A DNA stretch of 60,770 nucleotides, counting the filler. It is 4 parts of 4 records of this genome, joined end to end, with 100 filler letters (N's around TTAATTAATTAA, not from the genome) between each part and the next. Parts side by side here need not be neighbours in the genome. Positions count along the whole stretch, not along the records: positions 1 to 29,180 come from SRR20825006_705; 3 more parts are not named here. One strand, 5' to 3'. Every line of letters starts with the position of its first letter. Positions within the stretch are counted from its first letter, which is position 1. The position numbers and the translations under genes are program-made. The notes under the pieces are model-generated. The model ran no database searches. It was given only the letters and a program-made list of their open reading frames with translations, and was not told where the DNA came from. Below are positions 1 to 10,463 of this stretch, one piece after another.

Positions 1-1779
1 GGTTTTACCAAAACCTACATCACCACAAACCAGGCGATCCATCGGGCGCGGACTTTCCATATCGGCTTTTACCGCTTCTGTGGCGCTGCTTTGATCTGGC
101 GTGTCCTCGTAAATAAAACTCGCTTCGAGTTCGTTTTGCAAATAGGTGTCGGGGCCAAAAGCAAAACCTTTTTCAAGGCGGCGCTTGGCGTATAATTTAA
201 TGAGGTTAAAGGCGATTTCCTTAACCTTGGTTTTGGTCTTTTGCTTCAGCTTTTTCCAAGCAGCGCTTCCCAGTTTGTAGATCTGTGGCGGCTTCCCGTC
301 TTTGCCGTTGTATTTAGTCACTTTATGCAGCGAGTGAATACTTAAATAAAGCACATCGCGCTCGCCATAAATGAGTTTTATAGCTTCCTGACGTTTTCCT
401 TCTACTTCAATTTTCTGGAGTCCGCCAAATTTCCCGATCCCGTGATCAATATGCGTGATATAATCACCTACTTGAAGACTGGTCAATTCTTTAAGTGTGA
501 TCGCTTGTTTTTTGGCGTAGCCGTCTTTCAGTTTAAACTTATGATAACGCTCAAAGATCTGATGGTCTGTATAACACACCATTTTTAGATCGTCATCAAT
601 AAAACCGCGGTAAAGCGAGACAATAATGGTCTCGTACTGCTTTACGTTGAGGTCGGCATCGTTAAAAATATCCTGAAAACGTTTGGCTTGCTGCTCGCTG
701 GCGCAGCAAATATAATTGGTGTAACCGGCCTCGTGATTCTCGTTGAGATTTTCGATAAGCAAATTAAATTGCTTATTGAATGCGGGTTGCGGCTGCTGAT
801 TGAAATCAATACTTGCGGAAGCTTTATCACTCGGTAAGGATAAGCCTTCGCTCACCCGCACTAGCGTGAAATCCAGAAGTTGTTTTTTGATGCTTGTAGC
901 GTCACAAAATAACTCTGAAGGTTTATGCCTTTTGATCTCGCTGTCCAGCTTTTGAAAGGCTTCTTCCGCTTTGCTAAAATTGGTATCGATACGCGTAGCC
1001 AATTGCTCAATATCCTGAGTAAAAATCACCGTATCTGCAGCGATATATTTTAAGAAGCTTTCCCGGGTTTCCTGAAGCGCCTTGTTTTCTACATTAGGCA
1101 TCAGGCTTATTTTGTTGATCTTATCAACAGAAAGCTGTGATTCTACATCAAACGTCCGGATGCTGTCTACCTCATCACCAAAAAATTCAATACGATAAGG
1201 CTGATCGTGTGAAAAAGAAAACACATCAATAATTCCCCCACGCACCGAAAATTCGCCGGGTTCGGTCACAAAATCAACACGCTTAAACTTATACTCAAAG
1301 AGCATTTCATTAACAAAATCCAGCGAGAGATTATCGTTGACTATTACCTTAAGTGTGCTTTTATCAAGCTCCTTTCGGGTGACTACTTTTTCAAAAAGCG
1401 CATCAGGATAGGTGACAATAAGCGCCGGTTTTTTGCGGCTGTTAATGCGGTTAAGCACTTCGGCACGCAATAAAACATTGGCGTTATCAGTCTCTTCAAT
1501 TTGATAAGGTCTGCGATAACTTCCAGGGTAAAACAACACGTGATCTTCTTTGGCCAGTTGCTCGAGATCGTTAAGAATATACGCCGCTTCTTCTTTGTCA
1601 TTTAGAATGACCAGAAAAGGCTTATCTGCAGTTTTAAAACTTTCGGCAATGGCTATAGAAAGCGACGAACCTATGAGTCCGTCGAGATTGATTCTATTTT
1701 GAGAAACGGCAATAGCGTTCCCGAGTTCTTGCAGTTGTGCAGACTCTAAAAAAGGCTTGGTGATCGTGGTTTTACCCAT
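1..1779 (-). CDS. mfd: Transcription-repair coupling factor, N-terminal part (runs off window start)
   Basis: Missing from the ORF track. Translated by hand from ATG 1779: MGKTTITKPF...EPGEFSVRGGIIDVFSF...GDYITHIDHGIGKFGGL...PMDRLVCGDVGFGKT (UvrB-like, CarD-like and Walker A regions of Mfd). Confidence 0.97.
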   Translation of the reverse strand, partial: MGKTTITKPFLESAQLQELGNAIAVSQNRINLDGLIGSSLSIAIAESFKTADKPFLVILNDKEEAAYILNDLEQLAKEDHVLFYPGSYRRPYQIEETDNANVLLRAEVLNRINSRKKPALIVTYPDALFEKVVTRKELDKSTLKVIVNDNLSLDFVNEMLFEYKFKRVDFVTEPGEFSVRGGIIDVFSFSHDQPYRIEFFGDEVDSIRTFDVESQLSVDKINKISLMPNVENKALQETRESFLKYIAADTVIFTQDIEQLATRIDTNFSKAEEAFQKLDSEIKRHKPSELFCDATSIKKQLLDFTLVRVSEGLSLPSDKASASIDFNQQPQPAFNKQFNLLIENLNENHEAGYTNYICCASEQQAKRFQDIFNDADLNVKQYETIIVSLYRGFIDDDLKMVCYTDHQIFERYHKFKLKDGYAKKQAITLKELTSLQVGDYITHIDHGIGKFGGLQKIEVEGKRQEAIKLIYGERDVLYLSIHSLHKVTKYNGKDGKPPQIYKLGSAAWKKLKQKTKTKVKEIAFNLIKLYAKRRLEKGFAFGPDTYLQNELEASFIYEDTPDQSSATEAVKADMESPRPMDRLVCGDVGFGKT

Positions 1780-1786
1780 AGGTGGG

Positions 1787-1794
1787 CAAAGATA
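1787..1794 (-). promoter_or_regulatory. Bacteroidota housekeeping-sigma -7 element (TATCTTTG) upstream of mfd
   Basis: Exact TAnnTTTG match just upstream of the mfd ATG. Confidence 0.7.
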
Positions 1795-1939
1795 CTGCGG
1801 AAAACTTGGTTTCAAAACAGCTTTTGAGATTTAGCATTTTGGTAACAAAAATGCTTTTGGCAAACGCATAACAGGGATTTACAATTTCACTAACATAAAA
1901 CCCACGCACTCCCCTGTATCTTTATAAAAATTCAATATT

Positions 1940-3292
1940 ATGGCGATAGCGCACTACGATCTTTTTGTAATTGGTACTGGTAATGCCGGCAAACACGTGG
2001 CTTATGACGCGGTTGAAGCGGGCTTAAATGTTGCGATTGCAGACAATCGGGAGTTTGGCGGAACGTGCGCCAATCGAGGTTGTGATCCCAAAAAGGTCTT
2101 AGTAGGCCTCACCGAAATCATCGAGCGCAGCCAAAATTTAAAAGGAAAAGGAATAAAAGAGCTTCCTAAGGTAAGTTGGTCTGATCTGATGGAATTCAAA
2201 AAAACATTCACCGGAGCCGTACCGTTTGCTACGGAAGAGAAACTGAAGGATCAAGGAATTACATTGTACCATCAATCGCCAAAGTTTTTAGATGAAAATA
2301 CTTTATCTGTGGAAGGGAAGACTGTTACCGCCGATAAAATTGTGATCGCTACCGGAAATACTGCGTTGAATTTGAATATTCCGGGAGACGAACTCGCACT
2401 AATTAGTGATGACTTTCTTGAGCTTGAAGCACTGCCCGAAAGTATAATCTTTATAGGCGCCGGTTATATTGGGATGGAATTTGCCCATATTGCTGCACGC
2501 TGCGGGGTAGATGTTACCGTTGTTGATGTGAATGAGCGTATACTATCTAATTTTGACGAAGACTTAACGCTTCAGCTTCAAAAAAAATCAGAAGAACTAG
2601 GGATAAAATTCCTCTTTAACGCCGAAGCAAAAGCGATCGAAAAACTGCGTAAAAACTATAGATTAACAGTAGATCACAACGGAAATTCAGAAGAACTAAA
2701 AGCAGAATTGATCTTTAATACTGCGGGTCGCGTCCCAGCCGTAGATGAACTCGATTTGGAAAAAGGTAATGTGGCATTTTCAAAAAAAGGAGTTGCCGTA
2801 AATTCATATATGCAAAGCACGACGAATCCCATAGTGTATGCTTGCGGTGATGTTTCAGACACGAGTAATCTGCCGTTAACTCCGGTGGCGCATCAGGAAG
2901 CCTATTATGTTTCTAAGAATATTTTAAACGGAAACACCGCAGAAGTCAATGTACCTGCAACGCCTTCGGCAGTTTTTACCATTCCGCAATTGGCGAGTGT
3001 GGGACTCACGGAGCAAGAGGCTCAAGAGCAAGGCTATGATTTTATAGTCAAAACCGCTTCGGTTGAAGATTGGTATAACGCCAAGCGCTTGAATGAAAAA
3101 TTTTATGCGTACAAAACGTTACTAGATAAGAAAACCGGACAGATTTTAGGTGCGCATTTGCTAGGCAGTGAAGCTGCGGAAACCATCAATTTATTTATGA
3201 TGGCGATGCACAGCAAACTTGAAGTAAACACCATAAAAGGAATGGTTTTTAGCTATCCTAGTTGGGCAAACGATATCAAATCGATGATTTAA
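1940..3292 (+). CDS. Class I pyridine nucleotide-disulfide oxidoreductase (glutathione reductase-like)
   Basis: GxGxxG FAD motif, redox-active GGTCANRGCDPKK, second GAGYIG motif, C-terminal dimerisation domain. Confidence 0.9.
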   Translation: MAIAHYDLFVIGTGNAGKHVAYDAVEAGLNVAIADNREFGGTCANRGCDPKKVLVGLTEIIERSQNLKGKGIKELPKVSWSDLMEFKKTFTGAVPFATEEKLKDQGITLYHQSPKFLDENTLSVEGKTVTADKIVIATGNTALNLNIPGDELALISDDFLELEALPESIIFIGAGYIGMEFAHIAARCGVDVTVVDVNERILSNFDEDLTLQLQKKSEELGIKFLFNAEAKAIEKLRKNYRLTVDHNGNSEELKAELIFNTAGRVPAVDELDLEKGNVAFSKKGVAVNSYMQSTTNPIVYACGDVSDTSNLPLTPVAHQEAYYVSKNILNGNTAEVNVPATPSAVFTIPQLASVGLTEQEAQEQGYDFIVKTASVEDWYNAKRLNEKFYAYKTLLDKKTGQILGAHLLGSEAAETINLFMMAMHSKLEVNTIKGMVFSYPSWANDIKSMI

Positions 3293-4086
3293 GAATTTAA
3301 CCGCTCCCTGAGTTTATTAAACGGATTGGTCGCTCGATTGCGGTAGCCATGTAATCCTGCAGTAACAACAAGCAAAACACAGCCCGCCAAAGCGAAAAAA
3401 GCCACACTTTCTAAACTGTCTTTATGCCTGATAAATATGGCAAAAAGTGCCCAGGCACCCACCATTGCAAACTCACGCATATTACGAAGATTTGTGATCA
3501 ATAAATTGATGTAAACCGCGATTGTAATCAAAAGCATTGTGAAAATGATTTGTGTTAACTGGCTTCCGGCAAATCCCAGCTTGACCAAAAACGCCGAAAT
3601 ATTTGCAATAGTTGCCACAGCGATCCAACCGCTGTAAATACAAACAGGCCACCACACAAAAGCAATGATCTCTATAGGCGCGTCCCAGCGCTCCATATTA
3701 GTTTTAAAAACGATTTTTAAAAGCGAGATCAACATCCCGATGATGATTAAAACCGAAAGCCAGACGTAGTCATAGGTAAAAGCAACAACCCAAGCCGTAT
3801 TTAAAAAGTTGGTTAGCGCAAACCAATAACCGGTTTGTTCAATATGCGGCGTTTCTTTTTTACTGAAAAATGCGCGTTTAATTCCGAAAAGGGCATAGGC
3901 TATCAGTCCTAAAAAAATCACACCCCATATCGCAAAAGCATAGCCGGCAGGCGTAAAGAGATTATCGTATTTAGCGCTCATCTCGCCAATGGTCGTATTG
4001 TTCCAGCGTTGTGTTTGAGAAAGATAATTGACTACAACGGCGGTAATCACAGATACCAAATTGATTAGGGCTAATTTTTTTTTCAT
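3289..4086 (-). CDS. Tryptophan-rich multi-pass membrane protein (TspO/MBR-related)
   Basis: FTPAGYAFAIWGVI motif, about 8 hydrophobic segments, YSGWIAVATIAN. Overlaps the pdeM stop (ATGA). Confidence 0.7.
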   Translation of the reverse strand: MKKKLALINLVSVITAVVVNYLSQTQRWNNTTIGEMSAKYDNLFTPAGYAFAIWGVIFLGLIAYALFGIKRAFFSKKETPHIEQTGYWFALTNFLNTAWVVAFTYDYVWLSVLIIIGMLISLLKIVFKTNMERWDAPIEIIAFVWWPVCIYSGWIAVATIANISAFLVKLGFAGSQLTQIIFTMLLITIAVYINLLITNLRNMREFAMVGAWALFAIFIRHKDSLESVAFFALAGCVLLVVTAGLHGYRNRATNPFNKLRERLNS

Positions 4087-4718
4087 TGAATGGGGATTAC
4101 CTCATTTTTAGTTATGGCAAAAACCTGATCTCCTGGTTGAGGTTCGAGATAATAGTTTCCGGTAAAGGTACCAAACGCAGGTAAAATCAATTGATTTTCA
4201 GTCTTAAAGAAACACGAAAGTTTTAGCACTTGTCGGCCAATTCCGCCCAGCCGAATTCCGGGATGTATGTGTCCGCAAAAATTGAAAAAACCTTCACGCT
4301 CCTCCGGATGATGCGTCAACAAAAAACCATTCGATTGAAATTCGCTGTAGATATCAATATCCAGATTCTCATATTTTACGGGTGAAATAATATCGTGATT
4401 CCCGGCGATGAGTATCAAGGTTTCATCGCGTGATCGTACCCATTTCTCAAAAAGTTTCCATTCGGTATTTAAACTGCTGTGAAAAAGATCCCCCAAAAAA
4501 CAAATGGACTGTGCCTGGTAATAATCGGCCACGCGCGTGAGCTGGTCAAAATTGGCAGCAACCGCTCTAAGTGGCACTGCGCTCCCGTGTTTTCTAAAAT
4601 GCGAAACCTTCCCAAGATGTACATCAGCGATCAACAGCATGCGCTTCTCATGCCAAAGCATTCCTCCCGAAGGATGCATCGTAAATGTGTTATTCTGTAT
4701 ACTGATCTCTTGCGTCAT
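4083..4718 (-). CDS. pdeM: Ligase-associated DNA damage response metallophosphoesterase/endonuclease
   Basis: ADVHLGK, LGDLFH, GNHD, GHIHP and LPAFG motifs, clustered with the Lhr helicase, ligase and MBL exonuclease. Confidence 0.9.
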   Translation of the reverse strand: MTQEISIQNNTFTMHPSGGMLWHEKRMLLIADVHLGKVSHFRKHGSAVPLRAVAANFDQLTRVADYYQAQSICFLGDLFHSSLNTEWKLFEKWVRSRDETLILIAGNHDIISPVKYENLDIDIYSEFQSNGFLLTHHPEEREGFFNFCGHIHPGIRLGGIGRQVLKLSCFFKTENQLILPAFGTFTGNYYLEPQPGDQVFAITKNEVIPIQ

Positions 4719-4768
4719 TACAAGGCAAATTTCAAATTTTCTAGATTGAAAGGCTGTTTATAAAAACA

Positions 4769-4797
4769 AAAAATCTGCTCGTGATGAGCAGATTTTT
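4769..4797 (-). terminator. Intrinsic terminator between the VOC gene and pdeM
   Basis: AAAAATCTGCTC-GTGAT-GAGCAGATTTTT perfect 12-bp stem including A/T tails. Confidence 0.75.
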
Positions 4798-4822
4798 CTA
4801 ATAATGCTAAAAATATAGAATC

Positions 4823-5230
4823 TTAATTCTTTTGATAATTCAACATCCAATTTACGCCAAATTGATCGCGCAATCTTCCGTAATACGCATTCCAGCTGGT
4901 TTCTTGCAATTGAGTTACAACTTGTCCGCCGGAAGAAAGTTTTTCAAATAATTCGTCGGTTTCTTCCTTACTTTCTAAATCCACGCTTAATTGAACCTGA
5001 TTTCCTTCAGTAAGGGGCGTATCTGGTGCCGCGTCATACGCCATAATATGAATACCTTTTCCTTCTAATTCGGCGTGCTGCAATTTGTTGCGATAATCTC
5101 CGGGAATATCAATTTCTTTGCCTTCATAGGTGTCTTTATTTTTAATTTGACCGCCAAAGCAGTTCTGATAAAAATTTAAGGCTTCCTGACAATTTCCTCT
5201 AAAGGTTAAATACGGTTGTACACTTTTCAT
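4823..5230 (-). CDS. VOC/PhnB-like glyoxalase superfamily protein
   Basis: PYLTFRGNCQEALNFYQNCFGG and YYGRLRDQFGVNWM motifs. Confidence 0.9.
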   Translation of the reverse strand: MKSVQPYLTFRGNCQEALNFYQNCFGGQIKNKDTYEGKEIDIPGDYRNKLQHAELEGKGIHIMAYDAAPDTPLTEGNQVQLSVDLESKEETDELFEKLSSGGQVVTQLQETSWNAYYGRLRDQFGVNWMLNYQKN

Positions 5231-5377
5231 AACTTTATTTTTTTGGTTTTCCGCAAAGCGGAAAGGATTAGTTTTCTTTGTATTAAAGATACGGGAAAGG
5301 ACTAGTGTTTACAGGCTTTAAGCTGTTATTTTAGGCTTAAGGAAAGACTAAAGTTTGTTAAGATTGAAAAGGTGCTT

Positions 5378-7846
5378 CTAGTATTTATCAAGGTACTTCA
5401 GCATATTTTTAATGCGATCTTCAAGCTTCTCGCTGCTTAGTTTTTCGCGAAGGCGATCGGTGATGATCGGGAAGGAAAATGGGGTTGCTTTTTTACAGTT
5501 TTTGACTACGATCTCTTGTTGTTCAATTCGCTCCAGGGCGATGCGTAAACGGCCTTCTTCCAATTGATGTTCAAAAGTCTCGCGATAGGCTTGTTGAAAC
5601 AAGAGATTCTCCGGCTCATAATCTCTGAATACTTCAAACAACAACTGACTGTTGCTTTGCAAATGTTTGTTTTTAATGATTTTCCCCGGAAATCCTGTAA
5701 AAACCATACCGCTGATCACCGCAATATCTCTGAATTTACGCCGTGCCATTTCGGTGCTGTTTAAGCTTTTCTGCAAGTCTTCAAATAAATAAGCCGAAGT
5801 AAACAAGTCGTTATCGAGCACTTGCTGCATGTCTATTTGTTGATCAGAAAGAATTTCAAAACCATAATCGTTAAAAGCGATGCTGAAGGTAATTGGGGAC
5901 AGTAAACTAATGCGATAGGCGAGCAAACTGCCCAAAGCCTCGTGCACAAAACGTCCTTCAAACGGATAAAAAATATGATGATAACCTTCCCGACTTTTAA
6001 AGGTTTCGATCAAAAATTGATCATCAGTCGGTACGATAGATTCTACGCGTTGCCGCGCAAAAATATCCTTGAGGGCTTGTAGCTCGCGCGTTTGTTGTTC
6101 AAAAGGCAGGTTTGCTGAGTACAACTCTTCGCGCAGCAATTCACTCATTTGCGCAGATAATGTGAGTCGACCGCCCATCCAACTTACCACGCGCGCTTGT
6201 TTTTTGGTTTTAGCTTTTTTGACCAAAACCTGCATTCCTTTAATGCGGTAGAGTTCGAGATTTCTTCCGGCAAATGTAAAGACGTCGCCGGGTTTTAGTT
6301 TAGAGATAAACCATTCTTCAACCGTACCGATGTACCCACCTTTTAAATATTTAACCTGAAGCGCCGCATCGCCAACAATGGTACCGATTTGTAGACGGTG
6401 GCGCATCGCTACCGATCTGCTGTTTACTTTGAATTTTCCGTTTTCTTCGACCTCAATTTTCTTATACTCGTCATAGGCTTGCAGCGACTGACTGCCCTTG
6501 GTGATGAAATTTAAGATCCAACGCCATTGCTCGTCTGACATTGCCTGAAAGCAGAAGGTTTGTTTGACTTCCTGATAAATTTCCGCAGGATAAAAACCGT
6601 CTGAAACTGCTAAAGTCGTCAAATACTGAATCAATACATCAAAGCTCAACAAATACGGAATACGATCTTCTACGACCTGGTTGATCGCCGCTTTTCCTAG
6701 TGCTGAAGCTTCGATCAACTCGATGGCGTGCGTGGGTAAAAAGTAGATCACACTTTCTTTACCGGGCTGGTGACCGCTACGCCCTGCACGTTGTAAAAAA
6801 CGCGCAACACCTTTTGGACCACCAATTTGAATAATGCTTTCCACCGGAGCAAAATCAACGCCTAGATCTAGACTCGAAGTACAAATCACGGCTTTAAGGC
6901 TTTCGTTGCGAATGGCTTCTTCTACCCACAATCGCGTTTCTTTATTGATGCTGCCATGATGCATCGCCATCTCGCCGGCAAATTCGGGATGTTTATGCAT
7001 CAACTTTTGAAACCACAACTCACACTGCGCCCGCGTGTTGGTAAAAAGCAAAGTGGTTTTGCTGTTATTGATGATGGGAACCACCTCTTCAAGCAAATGC
7101 AAACCCATATGCCCACGCCACGGAAATTTTTCCATAGTCTCCGGGATAATGCTTTCTACTTTGTAGGTTTTTCCCAGATTGGCTTTGATTAATGCAGAAT
7201 TTTTAAATGCTTGCGATTCGGGTCCCAGAAGCACCTCGCGTGCCTGATTGAGATTTCCTATCGTTGCCGAAACACCCCAAATGCGCAACTGTGGCGCGAT
7301 CGTTTTGAGTCGGGACAAACCGAGCTCTACTTGCACACCGCGTTTGCTTCCTAAAAGTTCGTGCCACTCATCAATTACGATCGCTGTAGTATTCTGGAAA
7401 ACCTTGTCATAGCCTTTTGAAGTCAGCAATAGTTGAAGACTTTCTGGAGTAGTGACCAGCAAGTCTGGCATTTTCTTTTTTTGCTTTGCACGTTCGGCTT
7501 GAGGCGTGTCACCAGTGCGAATCCCAACCGTTAGTTGGGTTTCCAAACCATCAGCAAAACGTTGGGCTGCCTGTGCAATTTCAACAGAAAGCGCACGAAG
7601 AGGTGTGATCCAAATCGCTTTAAGGCCGGACTTGTGTTTGGTTTTATAATCGGGATTATTTTTGATGTAATCCAATACGAAGGCTACCCATAAGGCGTAG
7701 GTTTTTCCACTACCCGTAGGCGCATTCAGCAATCCGTTTTTACCTTCTAAAAATGCATTCCAGATTTCTTCCTGAAAGGCAAATGGTTTCCAGCCTTGAT
7801 CGTTGAACCAAGAAGTGGCAAGTTTATGAAGTTGTTTGTGGGTCAT
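5378..7846 (-). CDS. Ligase-associated DNA damage response DEXH-box (Lhr-family) helicase
   Basis: APTGSGKT, DEWHE, SATIGN, TSSLDLGVD and QRAGRSGH motifs, plus operon context. Confidence 0.93.
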   Translation of the reverse strand: MTHKQLHKLATSWFNDQGWKPFAFQEEIWNAFLEGKNGLLNAPTGSGKTYALWVAFVLDYIKNNPDYKTKHKSGLKAIWITPLRALSVEIAQAAQRFADGLETQLTVGIRTGDTPQAERAKQKKKMPDLLVTTPESLQLLLTSKGYDKVFQNTTAIVIDEWHELLGSKRGVQVELGLSRLKTIAPQLRIWGVSATIGNLNQAREVLLGPESQAFKNSALIKANLGKTYKVESIIPETMEKFPWRGHMGLHLLEEVVPIINNSKTTLLFTNTRAQCELWFQKLMHKHPEFAGEMAMHHGSINKETRLWVEEAIRNESLKAVICTSSLDLGVDFAPVESIIQIGGPKGVARFLQRAGRSGHQPGKESVIYFLPTHAIELIEASALGKAAINQVVEDRIPYLLSFDVLIQYLTTLAVSDGFYPAEIYQEVKQTFCFQAMSDEQWRWILNFITKGSQSLQAYDEYKKIEVEENGKFKVNSRSVAMRHRLQIGTIVGDAALQVKYLKGGYIGTVEEWFISKLKPGDVFTFAGRNLELYRIKGMQVLVKKAKTKKQARVVSWMGGRLTLSAQMSELLREELYSANLPFEQQTRELQALKDIFARQRVESIVPTDDQFLIETFKSREGYHHIFYPFEGRFVHEALGSLLAYRISLLSPITFSIAFNDYGFEILSDQQIDMQQVLDNDLFTSAYLFEDLQKSLNSTEMARRKFRDIAVISGMVFTGFPGKIIKNKHLQSNSQLLFEVFRDYEPENLLFQQAYRETFEHQLEEGRLRIALERIEQQEIVVKNCKKATPFSFPIITDRLREKLSSEKLEDRIKNMLKYLDKY

Positions 7847-9453
7847 TCTGCTTTCTCAGGCTTTGGGATCAATTGTTTTAAATCTTCAAGGGTATTAGCA
7901 TCCTCAATTTTTTTATCCTTCCGCCAGCGCAGCATTCTTGGGAAACGCGTTGCGACACCGCTTTTATGCCGTTTAGAAGGGGCGATGCCTTCAAAAGCAA
8001 TCTCAAAAACGTGATGCGGAGTCACGCTACGCACAGGACCAAAACGCTCTAAAGTATTCTTTTTAATCCATGCATCGAGACTACGAAATTCTTTATCAGT
8101 CAGCCCTGAATACGCTTTGGCAAAAGTGACAAGTTCTTCTCTGTTTTCGTCCCAAAGGCCAAAAGTATAATCAGTAAATAAATTGCTGCGGCGCCCGTGC
8201 CCACGCATCGCATAAGTGAGCACAGCGTCAATGGTAAGGGGTTCAACCTTCCATTTCCACCAGTCTCCTTTTTTACGTCCTACCAGGTAGGGCGAATCTT
8301 TACGCTTCAGCATTAAACCTTCAGACATCACTTCGCGGCTGCGTTCGCGTTCTTGAGCAGCAGCTTCCCAGCTGTCAAATTCCATGGTTTCAGAAAGATG
8401 TAGCGGCAGCGCTTCAGTTTTAACTTCGGCATATAATTTCTCAAGGATTTTGCGCCTTTCGGCGAAAGCCAGATCGCGAATGTCTTTGTCTTTCCACTCT
8501 AAAATATCGTAAGCTTTGAGGATTACCGGCGTTTTTTTGAGCAGTGCTTTAGAAACATTCTTTCGCCCAATACGTGTTTGTAAATCATTAAAGGTGCCGA
8601 TCACACCATTTTTAAACGGAAGAATTTCGCCATCTAAAACGGTTCCGTTGGGTAATGCTTCGACTAAAGCCTCAAACTCGGGATATTTATCGGTAACTAA
8701 TTCTTCACCCCGACTCCATACAAAGAGTTCGTTGTCCCGAATGATCACTTGCGAGCGAATGCCGTCCCATTTATGTTCTGCAAACCACTCAGACACATCT
8801 CCTAAATCTTCGGGCTCATCTTCGATCGCGTAAGCGAGGTAGAATGGGTAGGGTTTGCTGAGGTAATCTGCTTTATTTTCTTCTAGAATAAGCTCTTGAA
8901 AACTTATGGTTTTAGGATCCCAATTGCCCATAAGTTTATAGGCCAAAATATCAACGTCAATGCCGGTAGCCTTTGCGAGCGCGCGTGTCATTAACTTCTG
9001 ACTTACACCGATGCGAAAACTTCCTGTAATGAGTTTGCTGAATACAAAACGTTCATAATAGTTGAGGTCGGTCCAGTTGGATCGCAGATAAGCTCGTTTT
9101 TCTTCTTCCGGTTTTTTTTTGAGGGCTATAATTTCTTCCAGAAACTGTGTGAGACTTTTGTCGGTACTTTCTTCTGAAGCAGGTATTACCAAAGCAATCG
9201 TCTCAGCAAGATCGCCTACGATGTGGTAACTTTCTTCAAACAACCATAAGGGAATGTTTGCAAGCTCTGAAGCCCAAGTGCGCAGTAAGGTTGTATTTAC
9301 CGGTCGGGGAGGTCTGCGGTGTGAAAGTATTGCGATCGTCCACACTTTGTCTTGCGGCGGAGCCACTTTAAAATATTCGGTGAGGGCATCAACCTTGATG
9401 TTGGTTTTGTTGGTGCTGTCTATCTTTTTAATAAGTTGGGCAAACGCTCTCAT
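7843..9453 (-). CDS. ATP-dependent DNA ligase
   Basis: Motif I EHKWDGIR, LDGE, EGLMLKR, WWKWK and RFPR OB-fold motif. Confidence 0.95.
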   Translation of the reverse strand: MRAFAQLIKKIDSTNKTNIKVDALTEYFKVAPPQDKVWTIAILSHRRPPRPVNTTLLRTWASELANIPLWLFEESYHIVGDLAETIALVIPASEESTDKSLTQFLEEIIALKKKPEEEKRAYLRSNWTDLNYYERFVFSKLITGSFRIGVSQKLMTRALAKATGIDVDILAYKLMGNWDPKTISFQELILEENKADYLSKPYPFYLAYAIEDEPEDLGDVSEWFAEHKWDGIRSQVIIRDNELFVWSRGEELVTDKYPEFEALVEALPNGTVLDGEILPFKNGVIGTFNDLQTRIGRKNVSKALLKKTPVILKAYDILEWKDKDIRDLAFAERRKILEKLYAEVKTEALPLHLSETMEFDSWEAAAQERERSREVMSEGLMLKRKDSPYLVGRKKGDWWKWKVEPLTIDAVLTYAMRGHGRRSNLFTDYTFGLWDENREELVTFAKAYSGLTDKEFRSLDAWIKKNTLERFGPVRSVTPHHVFEIAFEGIAPSKRHKSGVATRFPRMLRWRKDKKIEDANTLEDLKQLIPKPEKAE

Positions 9454-10463
9454 TCCTGTTCTTTTTCAGTTTCCTCTCCTAATTCGCCTTCATATTGTGT
9501 CGCTTCCGTACGCGCATCATAACCTTGCTCCAGCAAATACCGTGTAAAAATATCGGTATAGCCGTGCGTGCTGATGATCTTTTCGGCACCAGTAGCCTCT
9601 ATACTTTCTAGTAAACCTTGCCAATCGCAGTGATCGCTTAGGACAAAACCTTTATCGATCGCCCGGCGTCTTCGAGCTCCTCTAAAGGTCATCCACCCAC
9701 TAGCCGAAGCAGTAACATAAGGTACCATTTTACGAATCCATGTACTGCCGTGCGCACTAGGCGGGGCGATAACAAGATTTCCCAAAAGTTCTTCTTTTTT
9801 GGTCTCGCGGGTGACGCGCGTGGTTTCTGGCATCGGTCTGAGCGGTCGTATCACTTCCGTCATATTTTCAATAGCACCGTGTGTATAAATTTTACCGATG
9901 TCTGTATCCAAATACCGTAACAACCGCTGTGCTTTTCCTAGAGAATAACCAAAAATCATAGAGGTTTTACCTTCAGCCTTATTGGCTGACCACCATGTGT
10001 TGATGTCGTTAAACACTTCGCTTTGCGGCCGCCATTTAAAAGCGGGAAGTCCAAAGGTACATTCGGTAATAAACGTGTGGCATTTTACAGGTTCGTACGG
10101 AGTGGCGATACCGTCATCTTCGGTTTTATAATCGCCTGTAAATACCCAGATTTCGCCCTTATGTTCTACACGAATTTGCGAACTGCCAATAATATGACCA
10201 GCGGGATGCAAACTGAATTTTACGTTTTTTATCGTAAAAGTTTCGCCCCATTCCTTACCGGTTACGTTTATTTCGCCAAGCCTGTGTTTAATAATGGGTA
10301 CATTAATATGATGCGTGATGTATGCTTTGTGCCCCCAGCGGCTGTGATCTGCGTGGCCGTGAGAAATAATGGCTTTTTCGACTGGTTTCCAGGGGTCGAG
10401 ATACACATCTGCCGCAGCGCAATAAATGCCTTTGTCATTAAATTGAAGAAGTGGCGCTTTAAT
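9450..10463 (-). CDS. Ligase-associated DNA damage response exonuclease (metallo-beta-lactamase fold), probable ATT start
   Basis: SHGHADH, AGHIIGS, TGDYK, TECTFGLP, LSDHCDW. The frame is open 19 codons upstream of the track's GTG (10406), to ATT at 10463. Confidence 0.9.
   Translation of the reverse strand: MKAPLLQFNDKGIYCAAADVYLDPWKPVEKAIISHGHADHSRWGHKAYITHHINVPIIKHRLGEINVTGKEWGETFTIKNVKFSLHPAGHIIGSSQIRVEHKGEIWVFTGDYKTEDDGIATPYEPVKCHTFITECTFGLPAFKWRPQSEVFNDINTWWSANKAEGKTSMIFGYSLGKAQRLLRYLDTDIGKIYTHGAIENMTEVIRPLRPMPETTRVTRETKKEELLGNLVIAPPSAHGSTWIRKMVPYVTASASGWMTFRGARRRRAIDKGFVLSDHCDWQGLLESIEATGAEKIISTHGYTDIFTRYLLEQGYDARTEATQYEGELGEETEKEQE

Noticed and set aside
3253-3292. YPSWAND in place of the HPT..E motif in the glutathione reductase-like protein
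   Set aside because: Tyr/Phe-Pro variants are common in this bacterial subfamily, which is not enough to claim novelty.
5378-10463. Helicase-ligase-nuclease cluster as a novel anti-phage system
   Set aside because: It matches the already described ligase-associated DNA damage response cluster.
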